A DNA stretch of 64,000 nucleotides, from NCBI RefSeq assembly GCF_009914755.1, contig NC_060928.1. One strand, given 5' to 3'. Shown here in pieces: positions 1 through 33,557 of the stretch. This DNA comes from the human T2T-CHM13v2.0 reference genome, Homo sapiens. Under the pieces are notes generated by a model that was not told the DNA's origin, ran no database searches, and saw only the letters and a program-made list of their open reading frames with translations. The position numbers and the translations under genes were made by a program. Each line of letters opens with the position of its first letter. Position 1 is the first letter of the stretch.

Positions 1-6425
<6,425 letters not shown>

Positions 6426-6539
6426 TCATTCATCTCATTTTTAAAGAGATATAATTGCTAGAAAGTTCCTTCTCACAACTAAAGTTGGCCTTTCTATTGC
6501 TTTTCTATTGCTTCTATCAGACATCCAAAATTCGATTCC

Positions 6540-6670
6540 CAGGTTAGCCAGTAACTAACTGTGTGACATTAGGTCAGAACTATAATCATGCTGAGTCTCA
6601 CTTTTCTGGTCTGTAAGATGAAGGGGTTTGGACCATTGGATCCCTCTTCTAGCTCTTAAATTCCATGTAT
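6540..6670. mobile_element. MIR SINE fragment
   Basis: MIR core-like: actaactgtgtgac...ctgagtctcacttttctggtctgtaagatgaagggg. Confidence 0.55.
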
Positions 6671-6919
6671 CTAATAGCCCTTCAACAGGATCTTATGATA
6701 TCAGAAAGTAGTGATTGTGTTTCCCCCAAGTATACTTTTTCCCCACCCTAGTGCCAAAGGTTCCTTTTGTGATGTGATTTCTACCTTCCTCTCAATCCTT
6801 ACTGCCCCCCCCAAAATACTCTCCAAATTGTCAACATGCTTAAAGATAGCACTCAAAACTAAATAAAATAAATACATGTTCTAGATGTGATCTCCCTATT
6901 GAGTTCCATGTTACTAGTA

Positions 6920-7037
6920 CAGCTGGTCCACCATATCCACGGGTTCCACATGGCCAGCTGTGGGACTTGAGCATCCCTAGGTTTTGGTATCTGTGGGAGT
7001 CCTGGAACCAATCCCTGTCAGATACTGGGCATGACTG
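6920..7037. mobile_element. TcMar-Tigger-derived MITE (MER2-like)
   Basis: TA-flanked with degenerate TIRs (cagctggtccaccatatcc ... gatactgggcatgactg) and MER2-like internal sequence ttttggtatctgtggg..gtcctggaaccaatccc. Confidence 0.65.
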
Positions 7038-7059
7038 TACTTCATTATCCTTGCATTCA

Positions 7060-8030
<971 letters not shown>

Positions 8031-9137
8031 GTCCTGAATACCATCTTCTATGCATGCAGCCTAAGATTGCAGAATGATTTTTGTGCCAATGGTTTATATT
8101 GAGCTTCTAGTCAACTAAAAGACAAAAAGTTTCTACTTGTTTTATTTATGTATTTATGTTGAAACAGAATCTTATGCTGTCACCCAGGCTGCAGTGCAGT
8201 GGTGTGATCACGGCTCACTGTAGCCTCGACCTCCTGGTCTCAAGTGATCCTCTCACCTCAGCCTCTCAAGTAACTGGGATTACAGACATGCACCACCATG
8301 CCCAGACAATTTTTATATTTTTTTGTAGAAGCAGGGTTTCCTCTTATTACCCAGGCTGGTCTCGAACTCCTGGGCTCAAGCAATCTGCCCACCTTGCCTC
8401 CCAAAGTGCTGAGATTACAGACATGTACCATCCAGTCTGGCCTTCTAACTTGTTTTTTAAAGAGCCATTGATTTGGCAATTAATCCTTTTAAGCTTAATG
8501 CAGGATATTATCTCTAATACATTTTATTTAATTTGTCTCTAATTGTTTTTTTTTTTTTTTTTTTTTTGAGACAAAGTCTTTCTCTATTGCCCAGGCTGGA
8601 ATGAAGTGGCATGATCTTGGCTCACTGTAATCTCCGCCTCCCAGGTTCAAGCGATTCTCCTGCCTTGGCCTCTGAGTAGCTGGGATTACAGACGCGCACC
8701 ACCACACCCAGCTAATTTTTGTATTTTTAATAGAGACGAGGTTTCACCATGTTGGCCAGGCTGGTCTCCGACTCCTGGCCCGCCCAAGTGATCTGCCCAC
8801 CTCAGCCTCCCAAAGTGCTGGGATTACAGATGTGAGCCACCACACCTGGCTGCTTTCAGTAACTTCTGTAATACTTCCTGAGAGTTGGGGGTTTAAAGTA
8901 GTATCATGAATAAATGCAATTCTTATTAAGCCTTCAAAGTCTCTTATAAAACTAGATAAACAGGCCGGGTGCGGTGGCTCACACCTGTAATCCCAGCACT
9001 TTGGGAGGCCGAGGCGGGTGGATCACAAGGTCAGGAGATCGAGACCATCCTGGCTAACACAGTGAAACCCCATCTCTACTAAAAATACAAAAAATTAGCC
9101 AGGCATGGTGGCAGGCGCCTGTAGTCCCAGCTACTCA

Positions 9138-9287
<150 letters not shown>

Positions 9288-9559
9288 TTAATAGAAGATG
9301 ACTGTACACTATTATATCTCTGTTGGTCTCTAAGGGCCCTTTCAATTTCTCAGTACCCAAGCTTTGTAGGAACTGAATAGTAGTTAATTGAATTTCTTTG
9401 GATTACTTAAAATCACTGTTTATTTGTGACACAAAATAACCTTACTTTCCTAAAACAGTTGAAATAAAATTAATGTTAGGCTCACGCCTGTAATCCCAGC
9501 ACCTTGGGAGGTCGAGACGGGTGGATCACGAGGTCAGGAGATCAAGACCATCCTGGCTA

Positions 9560-9999
<440 letters not shown>

Positions 10000-11249
10000 C
10001 TATGTATGTTTTCTAAAACACATTTTTTGAAATGGAAATGCTGAGTCAAAGAGTGTACATATTTAAAATTATAACATTGCAAATTACCACCCAAAATGAT
10101 GGTATATTTTTATTCTCCTATCACCAGTAAAGTGAGAGTGCTTATTCCAAACACTCTCTTCCACACTGAATATTAGCAATCTTTTAAATCTTTGCTAATC
10201 TGAGAGGGGTAAAATAATTTATAGTTATTATATTAATGTGCACAGCTGGACATGGTGACTCGTGCCTATAGTCCTAGCTACTCAGCAGGCTGTGGTAGAA
10301 GGATCACTTGAGCCTAGGAGTTCATGGTTTCAGTGAGCTATGATTGCACTGTTGCACTCCAACCTTGATGAGAGAGCAAGACCCTGTCTCTAAAAGAAAA
10401 AAGAAAAGAAAAAAAAGAAATATAAGAAAAAAAAAGAAAAAAGGCATATTAAGGTGCACTTCCTTAATTTTCAGTGAAGTTTAGCATCTTTTCAGAGATT
10501 CACTTATACTCCTATGAGTATTCATCATCTATGGGATTCTCATTATATTTATTAAGGAATGGTGGCAAATGTAATAAATGGCAAGTTTAAATTGACTCTA
10601 AAGTTCCTAAAATATTTCTTTTTAAAAGCTGTACTTCTTAAAAGAGAAAAATATTGCATTCTGTAGATAACCTAGAGACACCTTTTAAAAATCTCTAAAG
10701 GTTTGGAAACAAATTGGATGGAGCAGATAAAGATGAGTGTTAATTTTGACTTCACCCTTAGTGGCAATAAATGGTCTATTACTCTAATTGTACCCTTTAT
10801 CTCCTCTAGAACATTTAGAGAGATCTCCAGGGATAGTTACCTTGTTATTTCAATGCAGAGAACAGTAAGTACTTCAGGGAAAACACATGTGATTATCAAT
10901 CAGGGGAAAATACTTGAGAGAGTAAAATGTGAATTTGTACATGATTCATTGTTGTTGACTTTTTTTTCCATATACTTCTTATCTCAATTCTGAATATATT
11001 TCTAGAATTAAAGTTTTGTTACTGTAACAGAACCCAAATAGACATAAAACAGAAGCTGAATAGATATAAATTTAATTTAAGCTTTTTTTTTTTTTTAAAG
11101 AGATGGGATCTCATTATGTTGCCCAGGCTGGAGTGCTGTGGCTATTCACAGGAACAATCATTGCACACTGCAGCCTTGAGTTGCTGGGCTCAAGCGACCC
11201 TCTGGCCCTAGCCTCCCAAGTAGCTGGGACTATAGGCATGTGCCACCAT

Positions 11250-12120
11250 CCCTGGTTAATTCATAATTTTAAGGTATACAGTTCACTGGTTTTTAACATA
11301 TTCAGAGTTAAACATTTAGTCATTCAGATAACCATCACTGTTATCTAGTTTTAGAACATTTTCATCACCCTAAAAATAATCCTATACCCATTACGTCACT
11401 CATCATGCCTCCTTCTCCCCCTAAACTCCTGGCAACACTAATCTATTTTCAAACTATAGATTTGCCAATTCTGGACATTTCATATAAATGGAATCATACA
11501 ATATGTAGCCTTTTGTGTCTGCCTTTTTTCACTTAGCATGCTTTCAAGTTTCATCCACGTATAGCATATATCAGCACTTCATTCCTTTATATGACAGAAA
11601 AGTATTCCACTGTTTGTGTAATATATACCACTGGTATTTATCCATTCATCAGTTGACGGACATTTGGTTGTTTCTACTTTTTGGCTTTTGTGAATAATGC
11701 TGCTATGAACATCTGTGTACAAGTTTTTACGTGGACATATGTTTTCAATTCTCTTGGATGTATACCCAGGAGTAGAACTGCTAAGTTATATAATAACTCT
11801 TTACTTAATCACTTGAGGAACTGCCAGTCTGATTTTCCCAGTGGCTGCATAACTTCACAATCTCACCAGCAATGTATGAGGGTTCCAATTTCTCCAAATT
11901 CTCGATAATTGTTATTGCCTGTCTTTTTTAATTATCACCATCCATTCTAGTGAGTGTGAAGTGGTATCTCACTGTGGTTTTGATTTTCATTTCCCAGTTA
12001 CTAATAATATTGAGCATCTTTTCATGTCCTTATTGGACATTTGTATATCTTCTTTGGAGAAATGTCTATTCAGTTCCTTGGCTCAATTTTAAATTGGGTT
12101 GTTTTGGGTTTTTTTTTTTT
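11250..12120 (-). mobile_element. Old L1 (L1MB-like) 3' fragment
   Basis: Antisense L1 3' sequence: ttctggacatttcatataaatggaatcatacaatatg; ccagcaatgtatgagggttccaatttctcc; tctttggagaaatgtctattca. Confidence 0.85.
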
Positions 12121-12514
12121 AATTGATACCTAATAGATGTACATTGGTTTTCTGGTGTTTTGTTTTTTGTTTTTTGGGTTTTTTTTTGAGACAGTCTCAC
12201 TCTGTTGCCCAGGCTGGAGTGCAGTTGTGTGATCTCTGCTCACTGCAACTTCTGCCTTCTGAGTTCAAGCAATTCTCATGCCTCAGCCTCCTGAGTAGCT
12301 GGGATTACAGGTGTGCGCCGCAAGGCCTGGCTAATTTTTGTATTTTTCAATGGAGATGGGCTTTCACCATGTTGGCCAGGCTGGTCTCAAACTCCTGACC
12401 TCAAGTGATTTACCTGCCTTGACCTCCTAAAGTTCAGGGATTATAGGCATGAGCCACCATGCCCAGACTTTCATTTTCTTGACAGTATGATTGGAAGCAT
12501 AAAAGTTTTTTGAT

Positions 12515-13112
<598 letters not shown>

Positions 13113-14742
13113 TTAAATGTTGATGATAAATTGCTTTTTAAAAATACCTTTGGAAATCTGGATAGAGGATAGGGTGTCCCTAACACAACTGAATAGTTTC
13201 ATAGAATTTTATAGCAAGTAGGAAAGTAATTCAGGAGTGTATTACAAGAAGAACAAGAGGAACTAATTGATAATTAATTGAAAGGAAAAATATTTTAATG
13301 GGTAGGAAATTAAATTTCACATAGTTAATATATAAGAATAAAGGCTTGGTAATATATTTGGACTTTTTTCATGTGTGTAAATGCACATAAAGCAGATTGC
13401 AAGAGGTTATTACACAAAACAAAAGCCAGAGAAAAATCCATACTTACCCCTAAACCTGACTAAATGGGACTGAAAGGAAACCAGAGTTGATTACTCAAGT
13501 TAAGGGGTTGATGTCTATAAATGACAAATGGCTATATTAAAGAAGTTATTAACTTTATATAATGAACTCTGCTAGTTATATTTTAATTAATAAAAATTGC
13601 TCTTGAGATAAAACTTTTTTATTAACTTATCCTCTCTCTTTGGAATCTTTAGTAGTTAAAAAAACTACATTCAATTGCATCTGAAACTTTTACAACAGTT
13701 CATGTAGAGCATACAAAGTTAACAGCTTATAAATTCTCCTTACCTTAAGAAAGAAAACAGACATAAAAAAACATGAACCACTATTGTGGTCACTCCTGCT
13801 AAAATATTTCTCCAGTGTACTTTGGGCTATTTATTTCCTTCCTGTAAATACGTTCTACTGTGCTTTAAATAAATATGAAGATACTGAAAGTTGGAGAAGG
13901 AATGGATCAGGAATTCTCGTAGGCAGGTGAGGTTGAAACAACAGGGGAGCTCTTGAAGGTAAGTTTGGAAGCAGTCTCATCAGCTTGGGTCAGCAGCACA
14001 GGCAAGAAGGGCAATATGTGGGTGAGGAACCTATTTAAGAAGTCTAGCCAAAAGAATTTGGAATTCAAGCAGAGTTAAGTAGAAGATATAAGGCACCAGC
14101 AGTAAGCAGGATCTTCACACCTGGGAATTTTTACATGCTTAAGGAAAGAACTGAATTCTCCAACCTGGCCTGAGTTTACCATGGAGGTCAGTGGAGTATC
14201 TGGCTGAAAGGAAGAGAGTCGCAGCTTCTGATGTAAACTAATCCTGACAAGATGTTGAGGACTGGGTACCTGGTAGAGTTTCTAAAATTTTGGAGCCATG
14301 TGTATTCTTCAGAGGGTTCTCTAACTATAGTGGAAAATACAGGATGAGTTGAAGAAAGCATTTTACCGGAATCTAGGGAAAATCAGTGTTACCAAGTGGT
14401 ACTAACGTTCAGCAGATCAGTTCGAATGGTTTGGTTGTAAATAATAAAACCCACTCACACTATGAATAATAATCAAATGAGGAAATTTACTATGTCATAC
14501 AACAAGGAAGCTCAGAGATAGGACAGGGTTGATTGATGCAGTTGTATTACAATGTCATGAAGGATCCAGGGTTCATCCATCCCTTTACCCTATCCCATTC
14601 TTGGTAACAGCTTTATCCTCAGGCAGTAGCAAGATAACTGCAGAAATTCTTTTAACTCAGCCATGCCAATATGCAGAGGAAGAAGAGCACTCTTAGGAGT
14701 GAGAAAGAATTTCTTCTTTTTTCTTTTTTTTTTTTTTTTTGA

Positions 14743-14901
<159 letters not shown>

Positions 14902-15158
14902 TAGTAGAGACGGGGTTTCTCCATGTTGGTCAGGCTGGTCTCAAACTCCTGACCTCAAGTGATCCACCCACCTCGGCTTCCTATAGTGCTGGGATTACAG
15001 GTGTGAGCCACTGCACCCGACCACAAGAAAGTATTTCTAAGAACCCTGCACAGTTGGCCACACTCCTACTCTAAAACGAATTACTGCCAAGGAGATGGTA
15101 GAATAACCAGAATTGGATTAGACTAGTTATCTGAGGTGGAATAAATGACAGGGAGTCA

Positions 15159-15505
<347 letters not shown>

Positions 15506-16349
15506 TTAAATTTCCCTTAAATTGTCTGTAACTTATTAATTACTGACTGATATTACTAGAGATGTCAGTTAATATTCTTTGCTCATCTGTCTTGGTAAAG
15601 AACTCTACTCTTGGCCAGGCATGGTGGCTCACGCCTACAATCCCACACTTTGGGAGGCCAAAGCGGAAGGATCAAGTGAGCCCAGGAGTTTGAGACCGGC
15701 CTAGGCAACATGATGAGACTCCTCCTCTACCAAAAAAAGAAAAATAAAATTAGCTGAGCATGGTGGCATGTAGTCCAAGCTGCTCAGGAGGCTGAGGTAG
15801 GAGGAATCACTTGAGCCCAAGAAGTCAAGGTTGCAGTGAGATGTGTTCCCTCCACTGCACTCCAGTCTGGGCAACAGAGTGAGACCTGTCTCTAACTCTA
15901 TTTTTTTCCTCTCCAAGCTCTGAAGTCCTAAGATGCTACTGTCTATAACCTAGAAGGAAATGGATTTCTGAGTCCTTGGCTTGTAAACCAAATTTATAAA
16001 GTGATAAAAACTATCTGGGAGATAAATGAATGAACATGAACTATGGCATACACAGAAGAAAGTCACATGTAATTTGGTATGATTAAGATTCAGAATTAAT
16101 TATTTAATTATTTAAATACTTACTTGTACTCAAGGGGCAGAGGGTGTCAGAGGGGGCATTGTGACAAAGTTAAATTTGTAAAAAAAATTTACACTGTTAA
16201 ATTTGCAAAGTTAATCTTTTAAAGTTGTAGTTAAATTATGACATTTGAATTTATAATAAAGACTACAAACAGGACCAGCCCAGCATGGTGGCTCACACCT
16301 ATAGTCCCAGCACTTTGGGAGGCTGAGGAGGGTAGATCACCTGAGGTCA

Positions 16350-16607
<258 letters not shown>

Positions 16608-17063
16608 TTAAGGGGTGATGAGTAGTCGTTCATTGAGAGATTACAAATGGTATCTTTCGGATGAAGTCACAGTGTACATCCATTGGCATGCCTACCTATC
16701 ACTCTGGAAGGAAGTCAAGAGGTTAAAGACGTTTGAGTCCCACAAGAGATCACTATTTCCAGGCACCTAAACTCACTAGCGGATTTGTGTCTTTACTTGG
16801 GCAGGCCAAGCCAAAGGCCATGCTAAAGTGTTGACAGAGCTATGAACTATTAAACGGTGCAAAATTCCTGAATGAAAGCACCAAAAATAATTGTGTAAGG
16901 GAGTTTATTTTTTCACAAACTCTGAGTACAAATTCTAAAGTGAAAGAAACAATAAAATATAAGGACCCACCGGGCACGGTGACTTGCACCTGTAATCCCA
17001 GCCCTTTAGGAGGCCAAGGCAGGCTGATTGTCTGAGGTCAGGAGTTCAAGATCAGCCAGGCTA

Positions 17064-17563
<500 letters not shown>

Positions 17564-17731
17564 TCAATAAATAAATAAATAAATAAATAAATAAAATATG
17601 AGGACCCAATTTTTTTCCCTTGATAAGTGTGACTTTAGCTAATTGATTTCATTCGATATATACCTGTAGCAATGGTTTCCAAACCTCTCTGATCATAAAC
17701 CACAATAAGAAATACATTTTACATGGTGACT

Positions 17732-17734
<3 letters not shown>

Positions 17735-17775
<41 letters not shown>

Positions 17776-17790
17776 GCACACACACACAGA
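17735..17790. repeat. (CA)n microsatellite inside a probable hAT-Charlie relic (about 17668-18140)
   Basis: Direct CA run. Flanks have Charlie-like ends: caatggtttccaaac ... catgacccactaatagg...caatttgaaaaaca. Confidence 0.8.
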
Positions 17791-19292
17791 GTTATGTTTT
17801 TAAAAACTGAAACAGAAGCTAACAAAACGACAATTGCACTTTCCAAGGATGCAATAGTTTTCAATTTTATTTGATTTAAAAACAAGTGCTAGCTGAGTGA
17901 TGCGTGCTTGTAGTATGAGCTACTTGGGAGGCTAAGATGGGAGGATCACTTGAGGCCAGAAGCTCGAGGCCACAGTGTACGATAAGCTATAATGGTACTT
18001 GTGAATAGCTACTACAATTCAGCCTGGCAAGACTCTGTCTCAAAAACAAACAAACAAAAAATAAGTACTGATTCACATCCACTAACTTGATTTCATGACC
18101 CACTAATAGGTCTGACTTGCAATTTGAAAAACATTATTCTAGGTTAAATGGAGCCTGCCAAATGCCTGGCTCCATTAATACAAATCCTGCTCTTCCATAG
18201 CAGGAAGAGGAGGGAAGGAGATTGTCTATATGGGCAATCGTGAGAAGTGACTGAGCTGCTTAACCCCTATCTTTGGTGTCCTGTGTTTTACTTTTAAACT
18301 TTAAGGTAGGTTCAGATTATCACAAAGAAGACCATGATAAGTTCAGATGGCTTAGAGGTATGATTAGAGCAGCATAAACACCATACTTCTCAATTCCAAC
18401 TTTCTTTTCTATTTTCTTCTTAAGAGCACACAAGCTTTGGAGTCAGGAGCAAAGTTCAACTCCCCTTAAGCTTAAGAGCAAGTTTCTTAATTGTTCTGAA
18501 CCTCAGCTTACTCATCTGTAAGATGGACAGAAGCAATACTTTACAGGGTTGTAAAAATGATTGTGAGCTATATATACATAGTACATATAATTCACTTAGC
18601 AAATGATCAATAAATGACAGCTGCTGTTTATCTTAGGTCAGATGAATACATGCTAAGAAAGCAAACATTGTAAATGCCTTCCTTAACAAAAAAATGTTTT
18701 AAGGCTGGCCATGGTGGCTCACACCTGTAATACTAGCACTTTGGGAGGCTGAGGCAGGTGGATCACTTGAGCCCAGGAGTTCAAGGCAAGCCTGGGCACC
18801 ATAATGAGACTCCTGTCTCTACAAGAAATACAAAAATTATCTGGGTGTGGTGGTGCACACCTGTAGTCCCAGCTGCTTGGAAGGCTGAGATGGGAGGATC
18901 ACTTGAGCCCAGGGAGGTTAAGGCTGCAGTGGGCCCTGATTGTGCCACTGCACTCCAGCCTGTCTCAAACCAAAAAAAAAAAAAACAAAACAGTTTTAGA
19001 CTACCCAATATTTCCTGGTCTGATATCTTTTTTTTTTGGAAACAGGGTCTGGTTCTTTTTCCCAGGCTGGAGTGCAGTGGCGTGATCATAGCTCATTGCA
19101 GCCTCTTAGACTAAAGTGATCTTCCTGCCTCAGCCTCCTGAGTAGTTGGGACTATAGGCATGGGCCACCACATCCAGCTAATTCAAAAAAAATTTTTTGG
19201 CCAGGCGCAGTGGCTCACGCCTGTAATCCCAGCACTTTGGGAGGCTGAGACGGGCGGAACAAGAGGTCAGGAGATCGAAACCATCCTGGCTA

Positions 19293-19550
<258 letters not shown>

Positions 19551-19702
19551 TCAAGCAATCCTCCTACCTCAGGCTGCCAAATGCCAAAGTGTTGAGATTT
19601 GAAGTGTAAGCCACTGCACTCAGTCTGGTCTGGTATCTCCCTTTGGGGAAGCTCTAGATATACCTGTATCCGGAAGGACAGTGCTACAGATTTTTTTTTT
19701 AA

Positions 19703-19867
<165 letters not shown>

Positions 19868-19999
19868 TGATTATAGGAGAAATGGGCATCAATGAAGACA
19901 AAAGGGCAAACTCCAGTCCATCTCCCACCAATCAAGCCTGTGATGCCAGTTGGTTTTCCTAAAGCACAGTTTGGAATCTGTCACTTCACTTCTCAATAA

Positions 20000-20449
<450 letters not shown>

Positions 20450-20467
20450 TGAAAAGTGTTATTTCTT

Positions 20468-21156
20468 TTTATCTTTTTTTTTTTTTTGAGACGGAGTCTT
20501 GCTCTGTCGCCAAGGTTGGAGTGCAGTGGCACGATCTTGGCTCACTGCAAGCTCCGCCTCCTGGGTTCACACCATTATCCTGCCTCAGCCTCCTGAGTAG
20601 CTGGGACTACAGGTGCCCACCACCACACCTGGCTAATTTTTTTTTTTATTGTTAGTAGAGATGGGGTTTCACCATGTTAGCCAGGATGGTCTTAATCTCC
20701 TGACCTCGTGATTCGCCCATCTCGGCCTCCCAAAGTGCTGGGATTACAGGCGTGAGCCACCGTGCCCGGCCCTTTTTATCTTTTTTTTTTTTAAATGTAT
20801 TTTACTTTAAGTTCTGGGATACATATGCTGAACGTGCACGTTTGTTACATAGGTATACATGTGCCATAGCGGTTTGCTGCACCTATCAAGCTGTCATCTA
20901 GGTTTTAAGCCTCGCATGCATTAGGTATTTGTCCTAATGCTCTCCCTCCCCTTTCCTCCCACCCACTGACAGGCCCCGGTGTGTGATGTTCCCCTCCCTG
21001 TGTCCATGTGTTCTCATTGTTCAGCTCCCACTTATGACTGAGAATATGCAATGTTTGGTTTTCTGTTCCTGTGTTAGTTTGCTGAGGAGGATGGTTTCAA
21101 ACCAGCTTCATCCATGTCCCTGCAAAGGACATGAACTCATTCTTTTTATGGCTGCA
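20468..21156 (-). mobile_element. 5'-truncated L1PA 3' end with an AluY inserted in its poly(A) tail
   Basis: L1PA 3'UTR antisense (tttgttacataggtatacatgtgcc; tgtgatgttcccctccctgtgtccatgtg). L1 TSD aaagtgtt(a/t)tttctt at about 20453 and 21158. Alu flanked by ctttttatctttttt. Confidence 0.85.
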
Positions 21157-21209
21157 GAAAGTGTTTTTTCTTAAACTGAATGGTAGGTACATGGTTTGTT
21201 TGTATTTTA

Positions 21210-27765
<6,556 letters not shown>

Positions 27766-28075
27766 TTGCTGTCCTGTCTCAGCCTCCCGAGTAGCTGGGA
27801 TTACAGGCACGCACCACCACGCCTGGTTAATTTTTGTATTTTTAGTAGAGACTGGGTTTTGCCACATTGGCCAGGCTGGCTGGTCTCGAACTCCTGACCT
27901 CAGGCGACGCTCACCTCGGCCTTCCAAAGTGCTGGGATTACAGGCATAAGCCACCACGACTGGCCTATATATTTATTTTAAAGAGAAGGGGTATTGCTAT
28001 GTTGCCCACGCTAGCCTTGAACTGGGTTCAAATAATCTTCCTACCTCAGCCTCCCTAGTAGCTGGGACTATATAG

Positions 28076-28484
<409 letters not shown>

Positions 28485-28912
28485 TGAGTAGCTGGGATTA
28501 CAGGCACGCACCATCTTGCCCGGCTAATTTTTGTATTTTTGTAGAAACAGGGTTTCACCAGTTGGCCAGGCTGGTCTTGAACTCCTGACCTCAGGTGATC
28601 TGCCCGTCTTGGCCTTGCAAAGTGCTAGGATTACAGGTGTGCGGCCCCGCGCCTGGCCATTTTTTATTTTCTGTATATAATGATGTTTTGAAATCTGAAA
28701 AAACTTTTCTGTCTAGGGTGATTGCCCATGCCAGGGCTAGCCAATTCTTTTTTTTTTTTGAGACAGCATTTCACTCTTGTTGCCCAGGCTAGAGTACAAT
28801 GGCGCAATCTAGGCTCACTGCAACCTCCGCCTCCCGAGTTTTTAAAGGGGTTTTCCTGCCTCAGCCTCTTGAGTAGCTGGGATTACAGGCGCCCACCACC
28901 ACGCCCGGCTAG

Positions 28913-29179
<267 letters not shown>

Positions 29180-29381
29180 TAGCTGGGATTACAGGTGCAT
29201 GGGACCGGGACTGGCTAATTTTTGTATTTTCAGTAGAGTCAGGGTCTCACCATGTTGGCTAGGCTGGTCTCAAACTCCTGACTTCAAGTGATCTGCCTAC
29301 CTCAGCCTCCCAAAGTGCTGGGATTATAGGCATGCCCTACTGTGTTCAATCCCAATTATTTATTTTATTTTACTTTTTTGA

Positions 29382-29519
<138 letters not shown>

Positions 29520-29879
29520 TAATTTTTTTTTTTTAAATCTTTGAGACGGAGTTTCACTCTGTCGCCCATGCTAGAGTGCAGTGGCGCTATCTCAGCTCAC
29601 TGCGACCTCTGCCCCCAGGGGTTCAGGAGATTCTCCTGCCTCAGACTCCTAAGTAGCTGGAATTACAGGTATGCACCACCACACCTGGCTAATTTTTGCA
29701 TTTTTAGTAGAGAGGGTGTTTTGCCATATTGGCCAAGTTAGTCTCGAACTCTTGACCTTAGGTGATTCGCTTGCCTCAGCCTCCCAAAGTGCTAGGATTA
29801 CAGGCATGAGACACCAAGCTCAGGCAATTTTTATGGTTTTGTAGAGACGGTGTTTTGCCATGTTGCCCAGGCTGGTGCC

Positions 29880-30230
29880 AGTTAAAGATAGCAAAGAACT
29901 CAGCTGAGAGCATGCTTTCTATATGCAAACTAACCAATCCAGAGCCCCATGGCCTCTATCTATACCCATGCACCAGGCCTTAACCATTTACTCTGCCCTG
30001 TCGTTCTACAAAATCCCAATAAAGGCTCTAGCCTTGGTTTCCCAAGCTAGAATTCAAACCCAATTCTAGCTTCTGCCACCTGACCCAAACCTGGTGCTTC
30101 CCCTGTGACCCTGCATGGTATGCAGTGACCCCCTCTTCAGGACCTGTAAGTATAATTATCTATTTTCCTGTGCATCTCCTTTATCTCCTCTTGTGGCCAC
30201 ACCTGACTCATAATCACATAAAATAACACG
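29880..30230 (+). mobile_element. ERVL-type LTR fragment (MER74/MER73-like)
   Basis: atatgcaaactaaccaatccagagccc, aataaaggctc, tggccacacctgact...aaataaca; subfamily from memory. Confidence 0.45.
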
Positions 30231-30332
30231 GAACACAGGTACTGGAGGATAAATACCGCAGAGTTTTTGCCCAGTGGTTCACATAATGGGGACCCCAGAC
30301 TAGCAGCATAGGTACCACCTGAGAATTTGTTA

Positions 30333-30467
<135 letters not shown>

Positions 30468-30765
30468 CTACTAAAAATACAAAAATTAGCTGAGCATGGT
30501 GGTGGGTGCCTGTAATCCCAGCTACTCAGGAGGCTGAGGCAGGAGAATCACTTGAAACCAGGAGGAGGTTGCAGCGAGCCGAGATCGCACCATTGCACTC
30601 CAGCCTGGGCAACAAAGTGAGACTCCATCTCAAAAAAAAAAAAAAAAAAGTTAATCTTTGAGGTCAAATTTGGGTTTGAATTCTAGCTCCACACTAATCC
30701 TACCCTGCAGCAATGTCGTGAGGACTAAAAGAGATTCAATGAGATCACGTAAATAATTCTACTAC

Positions 30766-31748
30766 TGAAACCACCTTTGCAAAATTATGACTGAGACAGT
30801 GAAAGAGATCTAACTTAACTGACTCCATCTTGCTTCTAACCTCCAAGTTATCTTTGTTCATTCCTGGGCGTAGGCTGAACTAACTTTGGGAGAAACTTAG
30901 TTTACAGTTTAAAACAAAGACAGAGGCTGGGTGTGGCGGCTCACCCCTGCAATCCCAGCACTTTTGGAGGCTGAGGTGGGCGGATTACGAGGTCAGTAGA
31001 TCCAGACCATCCTGGCCAACACGGTGAAGCCTGGTCTCTACTAAAAATAAAAAATTAGCTGGGTGTGGTGACGGGTGCCTGTAATCCCAGCTACTCAGTA
31101 GGCTGGGGCAGGAGAATTGCTTGAACCAGGGAGTCAGAAGTTGCGGTAAACTGAGATAGCGCCACTGCACTCCAACCAGCCTGGGCGACAGAGCGAGACA
31201 AAACAAAATAAAACAAACAAAGACAGTAATGGCCCTTTCCCAAAGCACTTCTCCTTCTTGCCTGGATTGCCTTTGTAGGACGAACATTAGCCACAAGATT
31301 AGAAAATACAGTTTAGGATTCATGCAGCCGGAGACTACAAGATTCTGACCCTCCCTAAACTGCTCCTAAAATCAGTGCTTGAGATATTTTGAAGACCCTG
31401 CTCTTGATGGATCAGCTGACACTACCCAGATGGATAAACTGGCTCATCTGATCTTGTGGCCTCCACCCAGGAACAGAAGACACCTTCGACTCCCTATGAT
31501 TTCACCTCTGACCAATCAGAACTCCTGGCTCACTGGATTCCCCCTACCCACCAAGTTGTCCTTAAAGACTCTGCTTCCTGAATGCTTGAATGCTCGGATG
31601 CTCGGGGACACTGATTTGAGTAATAATAAAACCCCAGTCTCCCGCACAGCCGGCTCTGCGTGAATTACTTTTTCTCTATTGCAATTCTCCTGACTTGATG
31701 AATCCAGATCTCGACAGTGGTCAAGGTGAAAGCCATCGGGTAGTTACA
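30766..31748 (+). mobile_element. ERV1 solo LTR (LTR8) with an Alu insertion at about 30925-31214
   Basis: Begins TGAAACCACCTTTGCAAAATTATGACTGAGACAGTGAAAGAGATC and ends GTTACA; 4-bp TSD CTAC at 30762-30765 and 31749-31752; Alu TSD aaacaaagacag. Confidence 0.85.
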
Positions 31749-31792
31749 CTACTAGGTCAGGATTTCCACGATCTTTTCTTTCCCATTGCCAT

Positions 31793-32650
<858 letters not shown>

Positions 32651-33305
32651 CCATAATATAACAAAAGCTTCTACCTGTTTTCTCATTATTTTATTGTAAC
32701 TACCAGAGGCTTAAATTACTTAAACTACTCATTTTAGCAATTATTGGGAAGGAAAAATGCACAAACAGGAATAGGAATAGAAAAATGAGGTTGCATGGTA
32801 TTTCCAAGAAAAAGAGAAATTCAGTATGAGATCATTTTTCAAGGTACTCAGAAAAATTATTTGACATACCACCCTGAATGCTGGTGTATGCTCAAAGCCT
32901 GCAATGATAGCAGTTTTTAAAAAAATCACTGAAAAGTCTGGGCGTGGTGGCTCACGCCTGTAATACCAGCCCTTTGGGGGGGCCGAGGCAGGCAGATCAC
33001 CTGAGGTCAGGAGTTCGAGACCAGCCTGGCCATCATGGTGAAACCCTGTCTCTAATAAAAATACAAAAAGGCCGGGTGCAGTAGCTCATGCCTGTAATCC
33101 CAGCACTTTGGGAGGTCGAGGCGGGCAGATCACGAGGTTTGGAGATCAAGACCATCCTGGCCAACATGGTGAAACCCTGTCTCTACTAAAAATATAAAAA
33201 ATTAGCTGGGTGTGGTGGCACGTGCCTGTAATCCCAGCTACTCGGGAGGCTGAGGCAGAAGAACCCTTGAACCAGGGAGTCAGAGGTTGCAGTGAGCTGA
33301 GATCA

Positions 33306-33557
<252 letters not shown>
